From: Rhodospirillales bacterium
GTDB lineage: Bacteria; Pseudomonadota; Alphaproteobacteria; Bin95
Assembly (NCBI GenBank): GCA_008081395.1
Contig: VMCJ01000071.1
Coordinates: 27,420 to 91,419, forward strand
Direction of reading: 5' to 3'
Length of the DNA: 64,000 bases
Shown: positions 40,533-50,618 of the stretch, piece after piece
Layout: each line of letters begins with the position of its first letter
Position numbering within the stretch: position 1 is the first letter of the stretch
The notes under the pieces: generated by a model
The model's database searches: none
What the model saw: the letters and a program-made list of their open reading frames with translations, nothing else
What the model was told of the DNA's origin: nothing
Made by a program: the position numbers and the translations under genes

Positions 40533-42082
40533 TGCGCTCCCGCCGCGGACGCGTTGTGCGCCAGGACCTTTGGCCAGGGTTTGTTGATGCTTTAGCCAGT
40601 TTGCTGATGGTGGTGATTTTTCTTCTGTCAGTCTTTGCGATAGCCCAGCATTTTCTTTCTGAGCGTCTTTCGGGCCGAGAACAAGCGCTAGCAGCGGCAG
40701 AGGGTGAAATTGCTGTCCTTATAGAAGAAAGCGCAAATCTCTCAGATGCTCTTGCAGCTGCAACCGCGCGAAGAAACGACCTACAGAGCCAGTTAACAAC
40801 GCTTGAAAAGGAGTCTGAAAATATATCCCAGGCGTTAATCGCAGCACGGGCCGATCTCTCTCGCGAGGGTGCAGAAAAGGTTGCGGTAGAGCAGCAGTTG
40901 AAGCTTCTTTTGGACAAAGTACAAACACTTGAGAAATCTTTGTTAGACGCTCAAGAGATAAATAACCAGGCGATAGCAAAAGCTGAATTACAAGCTTCGG
41001 AAATTGCGAGGCTCACTGCAACACTGGAAGCGTTGCAGTCCGAAGCTAATGAAGCAAAAGCCGCCTATCGTATTACGACAGAACGGGCTGAGCTGACGCT
41101 GTCGAGGGCTATTGAGCGAGCCGCTCGAGCTGAGGCTGCTCGCGATGCCCTCGCCAAGAGGGCCAGCGAACTCGAGGAGGCACTTCGTACAGCAGCGGCA
41201 GCTCTAGAGGCCGCTACGTCCGCTAAAGGTGATGCAGAAGCTAATGCAGCGGCACTCGTAGATCGTTTAAAGGAGCAGGAAACAGCCAGTAGTGCCGCGG
41301 TGCTTGAATATCGCAATCGAATTGTAAGCCTGGAAGCTAAAATAGCTGATATGTCATCCCGTGTAGAAGCGTTGCAAAACGCAGCTGCGGCTGCAGAGTT
41401 GGGACTTGCCGGCGCCAGGCGAGACGCCCAAGGTTTAGAAGCAGCGAAGAGGAATGCGGAGGCTGAACAAAGGGCTCTGGCAAGTCTTAATGCCGAGCTT
41501 CAATTTAAAATAGATGCGCTCAATGCTGCTCTTACTGAAGCATTGGATCAAGCCAAGACCCAAGGGTCCACAATATTGCAGCTCGAGGGCAAACTTAATG
41601 CTGCGCTTGCAGCAAAAGTTAGTGAGTTACGGCGCTTTCGTTCTGAATTTTTTGGAAAAGTCAGTGAGGTTGTTAAAGACAGATCAGATATAAGGGTCGA
41701 AGGCGACCGTTTCGTTCTTCAGTCAGAAGTGTTGTTTGAAACGGCCCAAGCCGACCTAGGCCCCGAAGGCGTTAAGCGAATAGAAACCCTGGCATCTGCC
41801 CTGAAGGAAATTATTTCAACAATTCCTCCAGAGGTCGAATGGGTTCTTCGCATTGATGGGCATACTGACATTCGCCCAATTTCAACAGAGCAGTTTGCGT
41901 CTAATCGAGATCTTTCATTAGAGCGCGCGCAATCTGTGTCAAAAGTCTTGGCTGCTGCAGGCATCCCACAGGAACGGCTTTTGCCGGCTGGTTTTGGTGA
42001 ATACCGGCCGATCGATAAAGGGAAAACCCTAGAAGCCTATAGGCGGAATAGGCGTATTGAGATAAGACTCGACCAACCTTAG
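40529..42082 (+). CDS. MotB/TolR-like membrane anchor: long coiled-coil spacer plus C-terminal OmpA-like peptidoglycan-binding domain
   Basis: N-terminal TM with conserved Asp (WPGFVDALASLLMVVIFLL); ~350 aa Ala/Glu/Arg/Leu-rich heptad-like region; C-terminal GHTD...NRRIEIRL OmpA_C motif; 4-bp overlap with the upstream gene. Confidence 0.75.
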   Translation: MMRSRRGRVVRQDLWPGFVDALASLLMVVIFLLSVFAIAQHFLSERLSGREQALAAAEGEIAVLIEESANLSDALAAATARRNDLQSQLTTLEKESENISQALIAARADLSREGAEKVAVEQQLKLLLDKVQTLEKSLLDAQEINNQAIAKAELQASEIARLTATLEALQSEANEAKAAYRITTERAELTLSRAIERAARAEAARDALAKRASELEEALRTAAAALEAATSAKGDAEANAAALVDRLKEQETASSAAVLEYRNRIVSLEAKIADMSSRVEALQNAAAAAELGLAGARRDAQGLEAAKRNAEAEQRALASLNAELQFKIDALNAALTEALDQAKTQGSTILQLEGKLNAALAAKVSELRRFRSEFFGKVSEVVKDRSDIRVEGDRFVLQSEVLFETAQADLGPEGVKRIETLASALKEIISTIPPEVEWVLRIDGHTDIRPISTEQFASNRDLSLERAQSVSKVLAAAGIPQERLLPAGFGEYRPIDKGKTLEAYRRNRRIEIRLDQP

Positions 42083-42093
42083 GAGTAGCATCT

Positions 42094-42852
42094 ATGAAAA
42101 CAGGCCTTACTGGAAAGCGCGCTATCGTTACCGGAGGTAGCCGGGGTATAGGCTACGCCATTGCTGATGCTCTAGCCGCTGAAGGTATGGCGGTTTCAAT
42201 CTGCGCCCGTGGTCAACAAGGATTGGACGCTGCCTCCAAAAATTTAAGCCGGCATGGTGGAAATGTTCATAGCCTTGCAGCGGACGTGGCCTCGAAGGAG
42301 GGCATTGAAGGCTATATGGATGCAGCTATCACCGCCCTGGGTGGTGTTGACGTTTTAGTTAACAACACATCTGCGTTCGGTGGGTCAGAGGATGAGGCGG
42401 GTTGGGACTCAAGCCTAAATGTTGATGTGATGGCACTCGTCAGAGCTTCTTGGAAAGCAAGGGCCTCAATGGCAGAAACTGGTGGGGGCTCAATTATAAA
42501 TATTAGCTCTATAACTGGCCTAGCTACAGCTGGACGCACCCCCCCATATGGCGCGGCTAAAGCTGCTGTTATCCAATATACCAAAACTCAGGCATATCAT
42601 TACGCGTCAGATAATATCCGAGTTAACTGCATCGCCCCAGGATCGATCTATTTCGAAGGTGGCGTATGGGGTAAGGCTGAAGTCGAACGACCAGAGCTTT
42701 TCGAAAAAATCAGATCATCGATCCCTTTTGGCCGCCTTGGTGCGCCGGAAGAAGTAGCTAATTTGGCAGTGTTTCTTGCTTCAGATGCCGCTAGCTGGGT
42801 AACTGGCCAGACCATCGCCGCTGATGGTGGACAGACGCTTAACCCAATTTAG
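42094..42852 (+). CDS. Short-chain dehydrogenase/reductase (SDR)
   Basis: TGGSRGIGYA cofactor motif and YGAAK catalytic motif. Confidence 0.8.
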   Translation: MKTGLTGKRAIVTGGSRGIGYAIADALAAEGMAVSICARGQQGLDAASKNLSRHGGNVHSLAADVASKEGIEGYMDAAITALGGVDVLVNNTSAFGGSEDEAGWDSSLNVDVMALVRASWKARASMAETGGGSIINISSITGLATAGRTPPYGAAKAAVIQYTKTQAYHYASDNIRVNCIAPGSIYFEGGVWGKAEVERPELFEKIRSSIPFGRLGAPEEVANLAVFLASDAASWVTGQTIAADGGQTLNPI

Positions 42853-42855
42853 TTA

Positions 42856-43467
42856 TTAAGCTGAAGCGCTTGGCCGACCCTGCATGCGTTCAAACCAAGA
42901 AGCAACATTGGCGTTCTGTGCATTGATAGGCTGGCCTACATTAGTACCAAAGTCCATGAAGCAGAACAAAAGAATATCTGCCAGACATAGGTTGTCACCA
43001 GAAATAAATTTCTGACCGGCCATTAGGTTATCCAGCCAGGTGATTTTGTCCTGCGCTATAGCCTTTAAACCTGGAGAGGCCTCCGGTAGGCAACGCATAC
43101 GGCCTTCGAACATTTTTAGGCCTTCGCCAAAACGAAAGCCATTAGCTAATGGCTCACAGATATTTAAATCGACACGCCTCGTCCACATCCTTGTTACGGC
43201 TCTCTCTTCCGCCGTTTTTCCAATAAGGACTGGAGTTGGGTGTAGTTCCTCGATGTATTCACAAATTGCTGTGATCTCAGAAATGTAGGATCCATCGTCA
43301 AGCTCTAAGCACGGCGCCTGGCCTGCTGGGTTCTTACTCAAAAATTCTGCCTGTCTGTTTACGGCTTTTCGGATATCAATTTCTTCCAATGGAAGCTCAA
43401 CGCCCTTTTCAGCCAAAAACATCCGAACAACGCGAGGGTTAGGTCCTACAGAATTATAAAGCTTCAT
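42856..43467 (-). CDS. Glutathione S-transferase family protein
   Basis: GST N-terminal thioredoxin-like fold starting MKLYNSVGPNPRVVRMFLAEKG; start taken at the internal Met (43467) rather than the ORF-track start at 43548. Confidence 0.75.
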   Translation of the reverse strand: MKLYNSVGPNPRVVRMFLAEKGVELPLEEIDIRKAVNRQAEFLSKNPAGQAPCLELDDGSYISEITAICEYIEELHPTPVLIGKTAEERAVTRMWTRRVDLNICEPLANGFRFGEGLKMFEGRMRCLPEASPGLKAIAQDKITWLDNLMAGQKFISGDNLCLADILLFCFMDFGTNVGQPINAQNANVASWFERMQGRPSASA

Positions 43468-43561
43468 AAAAACCTCCGTTTGTTGATGGAATTTTGGCTT
43501 CTGGGAATATACACAGTAATTTAGACCTTGCGGGATCAATAATTTCAAGGGGGGGTCAGAT

Positions 43562-43822
43562 TTGGAACCTCACAATATAGTTGCCATATGTGTGATCTTA
43601 GCTATGGCTTTTTTAATCGACTCTACAGTCAAACTTTGGCGCTATCGTAAGCGCAACGGACTACTGAAGGCGTCTCTTGGTTCCCGTGATATCAAGATTT
43701 TAATGAGGCCCAATGATTATGAGGTGGAAGAGGCAAGGCTCACCTACAAAAATTGGGTTTCAGCCGGCGCTATGCTTACTCTTATGTTAATATTTTGGTT
43801 TATTAATCCGGATCAGGCCTGA
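43562..43822 (+). CDS. Small hypothetical membrane protein (86 aa, two predicted TM helices)
   Basis: ORF with two hydrophobic helices; no known motif. Confidence 0.35.
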   Translation: MEPHNIVAICVILAMAFLIDSTVKLWRYRKRNGLLKASLGSRDIKILMRPNDYEVEEARLTYKNWVSAGAMLTLMLIFWFINPDQA

Positions 43823-43823
43823 T

Positions 43824-44561
43824 TTATTGAGCGAACAACCTGGCTGCGGGTCGCTTTATCAAACCAATTAGCAAAGCGCCGGATAAAAAGCCGCCCACGT
43901 GGGCTATATACGCTACGTTCTCCGCCCCCATTAAACCTCCACTGGCTAAGGTCTGGAACATGAACCAGCTGCCAATAACAGCCCATGCCTTAAGGCGTAT
44001 GGGAATAAAAAAAGGCAGTAGCACAGTTATTTTAGATTTAGGCGTAAGGAGAATGTACGCCCCTAAAACCCCTGATACAGCCCCCGATGCACCTATCAAA
44101 GGGGCTTCTGATGCTACCTCAGCGTAGCCCTGAGCCAACGCTGCAACAGCTCCGGTAATGACAAAAAATATTGCAAACCGCCAATGTCCGCAGGCATCTT
44201 CCACGTTGTCGCCAAAGATGTAGAGAAACAACATGTTTCCAATCAGATGCCAAGCGTCGCCATGCAGAAAGACCGAAGTCACAACAGAGAAGTCGGCTGG
44301 CATCACTGCAAGGCTCTCGGCGAGTTCACGATACCCAAAAACGACAGCTGGAATGAAACCATAGCTAAACAAAACTTTTGCCTCATCTTCAGGCGAAAGG
44401 CCCGTTTGCCAGATATAGATAATCGTGCAAAACAGAATTATTCCCCAAGTCACATAGGGTGTAGATACCCACCGGCGAGGATTGTCGTCATGAAGGGGGA
44501 GGAAAGGCAAATCAGTTTCTAGAGTCGTGGCGCGGGTGATGTATCTGAAATTTCGCACCAA
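43824..44561 (-). CDS. Rhomboid-family intramembrane serine protease
   Basis: GASGAVSG catalytic Ser motif and AHVGGFLSG catalytic His motif in TM helices. Confidence 0.8.
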   Translation of the reverse strand: MVRNFRYITRATTLETDLPFLPLHDDNPRRWVSTPYVTWGIILFCTIIYIWQTGLSPEDEAKVLFSYGFIPAVVFGYRELAESLAVMPADFSVVTSVFLHGDAWHLIGNMLFLYIFGDNVEDACGHWRFAIFFVITGAVAALAQGYAEVASEAPLIGASGAVSGVLGAYILLTPKSKITVLLPFFIPIRLKAWAVIGSWFMFQTLASGGLMGAENVAYIAHVGGFLSGALLIGLIKRPAARLFAQ

Positions 44562-45313
44562 ATCGGTGTGTGATCTGACGCTTTAGGTTGTCCGCGAGGG
44601 CGCCGATCAATGTCTACATCGCTCAAGCGGTCGAGTGCTGTTGCAGACAGAAGGATATGGTCAATCCGAATGCCATGGTCTTTCTGCCATGCCCCCCCCT
44701 GATAATCCCAGAATGTGAATGCTGAAGGAGCTCTTGGCCTTACAGAGCGATACGCGTCGTAGAAACCAAGCCAACACAATGCTCTGAATTTTGCGCGGGT
44801 TTCTGCTTGGAAAAGCGCATCATTCCGCCAAGCTGATGGATTGTAGCAATCTTCTGGTTCTGGAATGACATTAAAATCACCCATAAGTGCGGTGGGCATG
44901 CCGTTCTCCAGAAGGATTTTTGCCCGAGCTTGTAAACGGTCCATCCAGCTCATTTTATAGTTGAATTTTTCTGTGCCTATTGGATTCCCATTTGGCAAAT
45001 ATATCGATGCCACCCGAACACCTTCAACGGTCGCTTCCACATACCGCGCTTGTTCATCGGATGGGTCACCGTCTAGACCAATAACCGGATCTTTGAATGG
45101 GTGACGAGATAATAGGGCAACACCGTTGTAACTTTTCTGTCCAGCCACAAGGGTGTGGTAACCGCGAGACTTGAACTCCAGTTCAGGGAATGAATCACCA
45201 ACGCATTTAATTTCCTGCAGGGCGAGCACATCTGGAGCGGCTTCATCTATCCAAGCCAATACTGCGTCCAGCCTAGCTTTAATTGAATTTACATTCCAAG
45301 TTGCGAGACGCAT
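44519..45313 (-). CDS. xthA: Exodeoxyribonuclease III
   Basis: ExoIII/APE motifs MRLATWNVNSI, LQEIK and SDHTPI; the 43-bp overlap with the rhomboid N-terminus suggests one of the two starts is misplaced. Confidence 0.9.
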   Translation of the reverse strand: MRLATWNVNSIKARLDAVLAWIDEAAPDVLALQEIKCVGDSFPELEFKSRGYHTLVAGQKSYNGVALLSRHPFKDPVIGLDGDPSDEQARYVEATVEGVRVASIYLPNGNPIGTEKFNYKMSWMDRLQARAKILLENGMPTALMGDFNVIPEPEDCYNPSAWRNDALFQAETRAKFRALCWLGFYDAYRSVRPRAPSAFTFWDYQGGAWQKDHGIRIDHILLSATALDRLSDVDIDRRPRGQPKASDHTPIWCEISDTSPAPRL

Positions 45314-45325
45314 TTTGAGCGTTAT

Positions 45326-45688
45326 CTAAATCGAAAAAGAAGACCCGCAACCACAAGATGAGGCTGCGTTGGGGTTTTCGATCACGAACATTGCTCCGGA
45401 GAGATCTTCCTTCCAATCCACAACGGCCCCTCCCAACAAGTCCAGGGAAATCTCGTCCACCACAATTGGGACGCCGTTGCGTTCAAAGACCTTATCATCG
45501 GTATTCAAAACATCATCAAAACTAAAACTGTACTGAAAGCCTGAACACCCTCCACCTAGAACAGATACCCGAAACTTCGCATTGGGGTTCTTTTCATCAG
45601 CAAGAAGGAGCTTGAGACGCGCAGCCCCTCGCTCCGTGATGTTAACTCCGTCCTGAAGAGCGCCGTCCGGCATGATTAAGACCCCCAC
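45326..45688 (-). CDS. erpA: Iron-sulfur cluster insertion protein, HesB/IscA/ErpA family
   Basis: Conserved Cys triad (GGGCSGFQY ... CGCGSSF); the start may be the internal Met at 45673. Confidence 0.8.
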   Translation of the reverse strand: MGVLIMPDGALQDGVNITERGAARLKLLLADEKNPNAKFRVSVLGGGCSGFQYSFSFDDVLNTDDKVFERNGVPIVVDEISLDLLGGAVVDWKEDLSGAMFVIENPNAASSCGCGSSFSI

Positions 45689-45788
45689 TAAAAGGATGAC
45701 TTAGGTTGATTTACTTCACGATAAGTTCAACAAGATAACATAAAATAGATGTTTGTTATGGCCTTTCAATACAAACTAAGGATTTAGC

Positions 45789-46976
45789 GTGTTAGAGCAG
45801 TATTTATTTGATGCATCTCCTAATCCCCCCGCACCCTATGCTGCCAGTGCAAAATCTTCCCGCGGCAGGCTAATTTCAGAACCGGACCCAGATAACCGTT
45901 CCAATTTTCAGCGTGACCGTGATCGCATAATTCACTCAAACGCCTTTCGCCGCATGAAACACAAGACACAGGTCTTTGTATTCCATGAAGGAGATTATTT
46001 TCGCACGCGGCTTACTCATTCCCTGGAGGTAGCGCAGATAGCACGAACTGTAGCTAGAAACTTAGGGATTAATGAAGATCTTGCAGAGGCCGTGGCCTTA
46101 GCCCACGACCTCGGCCACACACCCTTTGGGCATGCTGGAGAGGAGGCGTTGTCATCAAAGCTAAGCCATGTGGGGGGCTTTGATCACAATGTGCAGACGC
46201 TTAGGGTACTTACGCGTTTGGAGCAACGTTATGCTGGTTTTGATGGACTTAACCTCTCATGGGAAACCCTTGAGGGGGTTGTTAAGCACAATGGACCTCT
46301 TCTGGAACCGGCTTTAGCGGTTCGAAATTATGACAAGTCTCATTCTTTGGAATTGACCACTCACGCAAGTCTTGAGGCTCAGGTAGCTGCTATTGCTGAC
46401 GATATTGCCTACAACACGCATGATATCGACGACGGGTTGCGTGCCCAGCTTTTCCCTCTAGGAGCTGTTGCTGATGCATCAGCTCTTGTTGCGAACCATT
46501 TGCGCGCAATTGATAAAAAATGGCCGGAACTTGATCGCCAGCGTCGAATTTATGAGTTAGTTAGAGCGCTTATAGGTGATTTGGTGCGGGATTTGACTAC
46601 GGAAACAGCCAACCGTTTGCGCGAGCTGAAACCCAAAACAGCCACCGACATTCGATCTGCTGGTAAACCAATGGCCTCTTTTTCAAAGGAAATGACGCTG
46701 GAACTTAACGCATTGCGGGCTTTTCTAAGAACGAATATGTACCGTCATACGCAGGTAAACCGGATGACAAGCAAAGCAAAACGGATTGTTTCAGATCTTT
46801 TTGAAGTATTTATTGCTGAGCCCCAAAGTTTGCCAGCCGAGTGGCGGAAGTTGGCAGAAGAATCAAAGGAAATGAAGATATATCGTATTGTCGGAGACTA
46901 TATCGCTGGTATGACAGATCGCTACGCTATGCTGGAGCATCAACGTTTGTTTGAAATTAATAGTCTAAGCCTATGA
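45789..46976 (+). CDS. dGTPase-like HD-domain deoxynucleoside triphosphate triphosphohydrolase
   Basis: HD motif ([10 protein letters not shown] ... [10 protein letters not shown]); 395 aa; ATGA overlap with argS. Confidence 0.8.
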   Translation: MLEQYLFDASPNPPAPYAASAKSSRGRLISEPDPDNRSNFQRDRDRIIHSNAFRRMKHKTQVFVFHEGDYFRTRLTHSLEVAQIARTVARNLGINEDLAEAVALAHDLGHTPFGHAGEEALSSKLSHVGGFDHNVQTLRVLTRLEQRYAGFDGLNLSWETLEGVVKHNGPLLEPALAVRNYDKSHSLELTTHASLEAQVAAIADDIAYNTHDIDDGLRAQLFPLGAVADASALVANHLRAIDKKWPELDRQRRIYELVRALIGDLVRDLTTETANRLRELKPKTATDIRSAGKPMASFSKEMTLELNALRAFLRTNMYRHTQVNRMTSKAKRIVSDLFEVFIAEPQSLPAEWRKLAEESKEMKIYRIVGDYIAGMTDRYAMLEHQRLFEINSLSL

Positions 46977-48718
46977 ACTACTTTGAGCATTTCAATAACT
47001 TAGCTCTTCAAGAGCTCGAATTTTTAGCCAAAAATGGCGACATTCCAAGTGACCTCAATCTAAGTCGTGCTACTGCCGGTTCTCCGCGCGACCCCAACCA
47101 CGGCGATGTTGCTTTGAATGCTGCCATGGTTTTGGCTAAAGACGCCCGAATGAAGCCCAGAGATCTAGCAGAGCTGATTGCTTCTCGCCTTCGTTCCCAT
47201 GATGACATTGAGTTAGTTGAGGTGGCTGGGCCTGGGTTTATAAATATTCAAGCAAGCCCTGGCTTCTGGTCTGCAAGACTTTTGGAAATCCTATCTTTGG
47301 GTCGTGAATATGGTGCTTCGAATATGGGAGCGGGCCGCCGAGTAAACATTGAATATGTTTCTGCTAATCCCACTGGTCCTTTGCATGTTGGGCATGGGCG
47401 GGGTGCGGTCTTTGGGGATGCTCTAGCCGCTGTTCTCCGGAAGGCTGGTTTCGATGTTGTCAAAGAATATTACATCAATGATGCGGGTGCGCAGGTCGAC
47501 ATCTTGGCGCAAACCGCATTGCTTCGCGCTCGTGAGGCTTTAGGGGAAGAAATCGGTCCTATTCCTGATGGTCTTTATCCTGGTGATTATATGATTCCGG
47601 TGGGCGAAGCTCTTGTTTCTGATCATGGGGATGCTTTGTTTCGTATGTCAGATCAGGAGCAAAATGAAGTTGCTCGCGGCAAAGCAATTTCCATGATGAT
47701 GGATTCAATCCGTGATGACCTTGCTGCCGCGGGAATTAATCAGGATATTTTTTCTTCAGAGCGGTCGATAGTAGAAGCCGGATCCGTAGATGCCGCTCTA
47801 GCAACCCTTGAAAGTAAAGGCCTTGTTTACGAGGGCATTTTAGAGCCGCCAAAGGGAAAAATACCTGAAGATTGGGAGGAGCGACCTCAGACTTTATTTC
47901 GCGCAACAAATTTTGGGGATGATGTTGATCGACCATTGAAAAAATCTGATGGCTCTTGGACATATTTCGCTACAGACATCGCTTACCATTTTGATAAAAT
48001 AAGCCACCGTGGCGAAGAATTAATTGATGTTTGGGGGGCAGATCACGGCGGTTACGTCAAACGAGTTTCCGCGGCCGTTCAAGCATTGACTGGTAAAAAA
48101 GATGCCTTGGATGTGAAACTTTGTCAGTTAGTGAGGGTGCTTCGCGACGGTGAACTGGTTCGGATGTCCAAGCGCTCCGGTGATTTTATAACGCTACGTG
48201 AAGTTGTTGATGAAGTTGGGCGGGATGTACTTCGCTTCATAATGTTGACTCGTAAGAACGATGCGCCGCTTGACTTTGATTTGGCTCGGGTTGTTAACCA
48301 GTCTAAGGATAATCCTGTCTTTTATGTCCAATACGCGCATGCTCGCTGTTGCAGTGTTTTGCGCCACGCGAAAGATGCAGGTTTTTCAGAAAGGCCTGAA
48401 GATCTCATTCACGCCGATCTTACTCAGCTTGCCGATGAAGATGAGATTGGACTCATTAAGCTATTAGCAAGTTGGCCGCGTATAATTGAACAAGCTGCGG
48501 AGGCTCATGAACCACATCGCGTTGCATTTTATCTTCAGGAAGCCGCAGCTGCATTTCATCAGCTTTGGAATAAGGGTCGCGATGACACTACCTTGAGGTT
48601 CATACAAACTTCGGATCAAGAGGCAACAAAAGCACGTCTTGCACTAGTCCAAGGTGTGATAGCTGTTATAGCCTCGGGTCTTAATGTCCTTGGTGTTCAG
48701 CCAGCAGAGGAAATGTAA
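46973..48718 (+). CDS. argS: Arginine--tRNA ligase
   Basis: Class I HIGH motif ([11 protein letters not shown]) and a KMSK-like motif (MSKRSG); 581 aa. Confidence 0.95.
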   Translation: MNYFEHFNNLALQELEFLAKNGDIPSDLNLSRATAGSPRDPNHGDVALNAAMVLAKDARMKPRDLAELIASRLRSHDDIELVEVAGPGFINIQASPGFWSARLLEILSLGREYGASNMGAGRRVNIEYVSANPTGPLHVGHGRGAVFGDALAAVLRKAGFDVVKEYYINDAGAQVDILAQTALLRAREALGEEIGPIPDGLYPGDYMIPVGEALVSDHGDALFRMSDQEQNEVARGKAISMMMDSIRDDLAAAGINQDIFSSERSIVEAGSVDAALATLESKGLVYEGILEPPKGKIPEDWEERPQTLFRATNFGDDVDRPLKKSDGSWTYFATDIAYHFDKISHRGEELIDVWGADHGGYVKRVSAAVQALTGKKDALDVKLCQLVRVLRDGELVRMSKRSGDFITLREVVDEVGRDVLRFIMLTRKNDAPLDFDLARVVNQSKDNPVFYVQYAHARCCSVLRHAKDAGFSERPEDLIHADLTQLADEDEIGLIKLLASWPRIIEQAAEAHEPHRVAFYLQEAAAAFHQLWNKGRDDTTLRFIQTSDQEATKARLALVQGVIAVIASGLNVLGVQPAEEM

Positions 48719-48721
48719 CGC

Positions 48722-49600
48722 ATGAGTAAAGCGTTCGATCCAGAAGTAAGGCCCGACCGCGCCCGCGCTGTTAAGTTCTCTCGGATCGCATTAGCTGCGG
48801 TTTTATTTGGGTTGGCGATTACTGCGGCCATATGGCTTGCCGTGGGTGGAACCGGGAACTATGGCCCTCCACCTCTTGTGATGGCTGAGAGGTCTCCAGA
48901 AAGATTGCCGCCTGACCCAAACAAGATTAACGGAGCCGATATTCCCCACACCGGCCAAACTATTTATGAAATCGTCGGTGGAGGCGGACCCCAATCAGAA
49001 AAGCAAGGAACAGCTCCAGCTGAAGAAAAGTTGATACCGTTTCCAGTTAGTCAGCGCATTCAACCAGATGACATACCGCAACCCACAGGGCCTATTCAAT
49101 TACTCCCTCCAGCGCTAGAGGTGGAGCGAATTGATCCCCCTACAACCAAGAAACTTCAGGCTAAACTCAGCGACTCCTCGGCTACAGATTCGGATGAGAT
49201 TCTGCAGACTGCGCCCACTCTTCCATTACCTCCCCGCCGCACCAAGCCCCCCGGCGGCGCGGGTGATTTGAAGATAGTTCGAGACAGTCTCAGTAATTCA
49301 AAGACCGCAGATCAATCTGAAACTATCAAGACTGCAAACTTAGCTCCGAGTAATAAATTTCTAATTCAGATTGGAGCAGTCAGAAGCACAACAATTGCAC
49401 AAAAGGAATGGCGCCGCTTACGCGAAGCCAATTTAGATATCCTTGGTGGTATGCAGTTATTCATCCAAGAGGTAGACGTCGGAGGACGCGGCACTTTTCA
49501 TCGCATGCAGGCTGGCCCTTTGCCAGATAAAACTTTGGCAGAAATAGCCTGTGGTCAATTGAAGAGCCGGGGAGCTGGCTGTTTCGTTGTCGCAAAGTAG
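48722..49600 (+). CDS. SPOR-domain cell-division/peptidoglycan-binding protein
   Basis: N-terminal TM, Pro-rich linker, C-terminal SPOR-like domain (FLIQIGAVRSTTIAQKEWRRL...). Confidence 0.7.
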   Translation: MSKAFDPEVRPDRARAVKFSRIALAAVLFGLAITAAIWLAVGGTGNYGPPPLVMAERSPERLPPDPNKINGADIPHTGQTIYEIVGGGGPQSEKQGTAPAEEKLIPFPVSQRIQPDDIPQPTGPIQLLPPALEVERIDPPTTKKLQAKLSDSSATDSDEILQTAPTLPLPPRRTKPPGGAGDLKIVRDSLSNSKTADQSETIKTANLAPSNKFLIQIGAVRSTTIAQKEWRRLREANLDILGGMQLFIQEVDVGGRGTFHRMQAGPLPDKTLAEIACGQLKSRGAGCFVVAK

Positions 49601-50618
49601 CAGACCATCAGCGGCCATATTAGGTTGTGCAGGCACTCGCCTTACGGCTGAGGAGCGAAGTTTTTTTGCTGAGGCTAATCCGTATGGATTGATTTTATTC
49701 TCCAGAAATCTTGGTGCTCCAGATAGCATACGCCGCTTAACAAGTGATTTTCGTGAAGTTGTTGGTCGTGAGGACGCACCTGTTCTCATTGACCAAGAGG
49801 GCGGGCGGGTAGCACGTTTGGGACCACCGAATTGGCCCAGGTTACCAGCAGCAGGACAGATAGGCGCTTTATGGAAGCGGGATAGGGAAAAAGGGTTGCT
49901 TGCGGCACGACTTCAAGGGCTTGCAATTGCGGCAACTATAGCACCTTTGGGTATTGATGTGGCGTGTGCGCCTATGTGTGATGTTGCGGCACCTGGCTCA
50001 GATACTTCGGTAATAGGAGATCGGTCATATGGAGAAATACCATCTCAGGTTGCTAGTTTGGCTGCGGCTACTGAGCAGGCCCTCAGGTCGGCTGGTATAG
50101 CAACAACAGCAAAACACGCACCAGGTCATGGTAGAGCCACTAGTGACAGTCATTTTCAATTGCCTGTGGTTGAAGCGCCTTTAGCCGATCTGCTTTCAGA
50201 TTTAGCCCCATTTATAGCTGTAAAAGAAGCACCATTTTTCATGACGGCTCACATAGTTTATCGACACTTAGACCCTGATTTGCCGGCCACTTGCTCACGA
50301 AAATGTTTAGATTGGCTAAGGTCAGAGACTGGTTTTACAGGTGTTATTTTGTCGGATGACCTCGCAATGAAGGCATTAACGGGACCGATTCGAGAGAGGG
50401 CTGCCGCAGCCATTTCTGCTGGGTGCGATGCATTGCTTTATTGTCCTGGCGACTTGCGGGGAAATGTTGCTGCCATAGAAGGCGCAGGGCCCGCTGGAGA
50501 TAGATTGGAAAAAACTTGGCAAAACTGGTCTAGTTCGCGCCGAATGACTTTCGATGATGATGCATTTCTACTCGCCGCAGAACTATGGGCAGTACTTGAC
50601 GAGATTGGTCTTCAATGA
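49587..50618 (+). CDS. nagZ: Beta-N-acetylhexosaminidase (GH3, NagZ-like)
   Basis: KHAPGHG...DSH catalytic region typical of NagZ. Confidence 0.8.
   Translation: MSQSSRPSAAILGCAGTRLTAEERSFFAEANPYGLILFSRNLGAPDSIRRLTSDFREVVGREDAPVLIDQEGGRVARLGPPNWPRLPAAGQIGALWKRDREKGLLAARLQGLAIAATIAPLGIDVACAPMCDVAAPGSDTSVIGDRSYGEIPSQVASLAAATEQALRSAGIATTAKHAPGHGRATSDSHFQLPVVEAPLADLLSDLAPFIAVKEAPFFMTAHIVYRHLDPDLPATCSRKCLDWLRSETGFTGVILSDDLAMKALTGPIRERAAAAISAGCDALLYCPGDLRGNVAAIEGAGPAGDRLEKTWQNWSSSRRMTFDDDAFLLAAELWAVLDEIGLQ

Noticed and set aside
38593-42082. Calling the MotA/MotB-like cluster a Zorya anti-phage system
   Set aside because: Zorya requires ZorC/ZorD partners (ZorE in type II) and carries the long tail on the MotA-like ZorA subunit. 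Here the coiled coil is on the MotB-like subunit, no helicase/nuclease partner is adjacent, and the neighbourhood is housekeeping. It is kept only as a stator-like module of unknown function.
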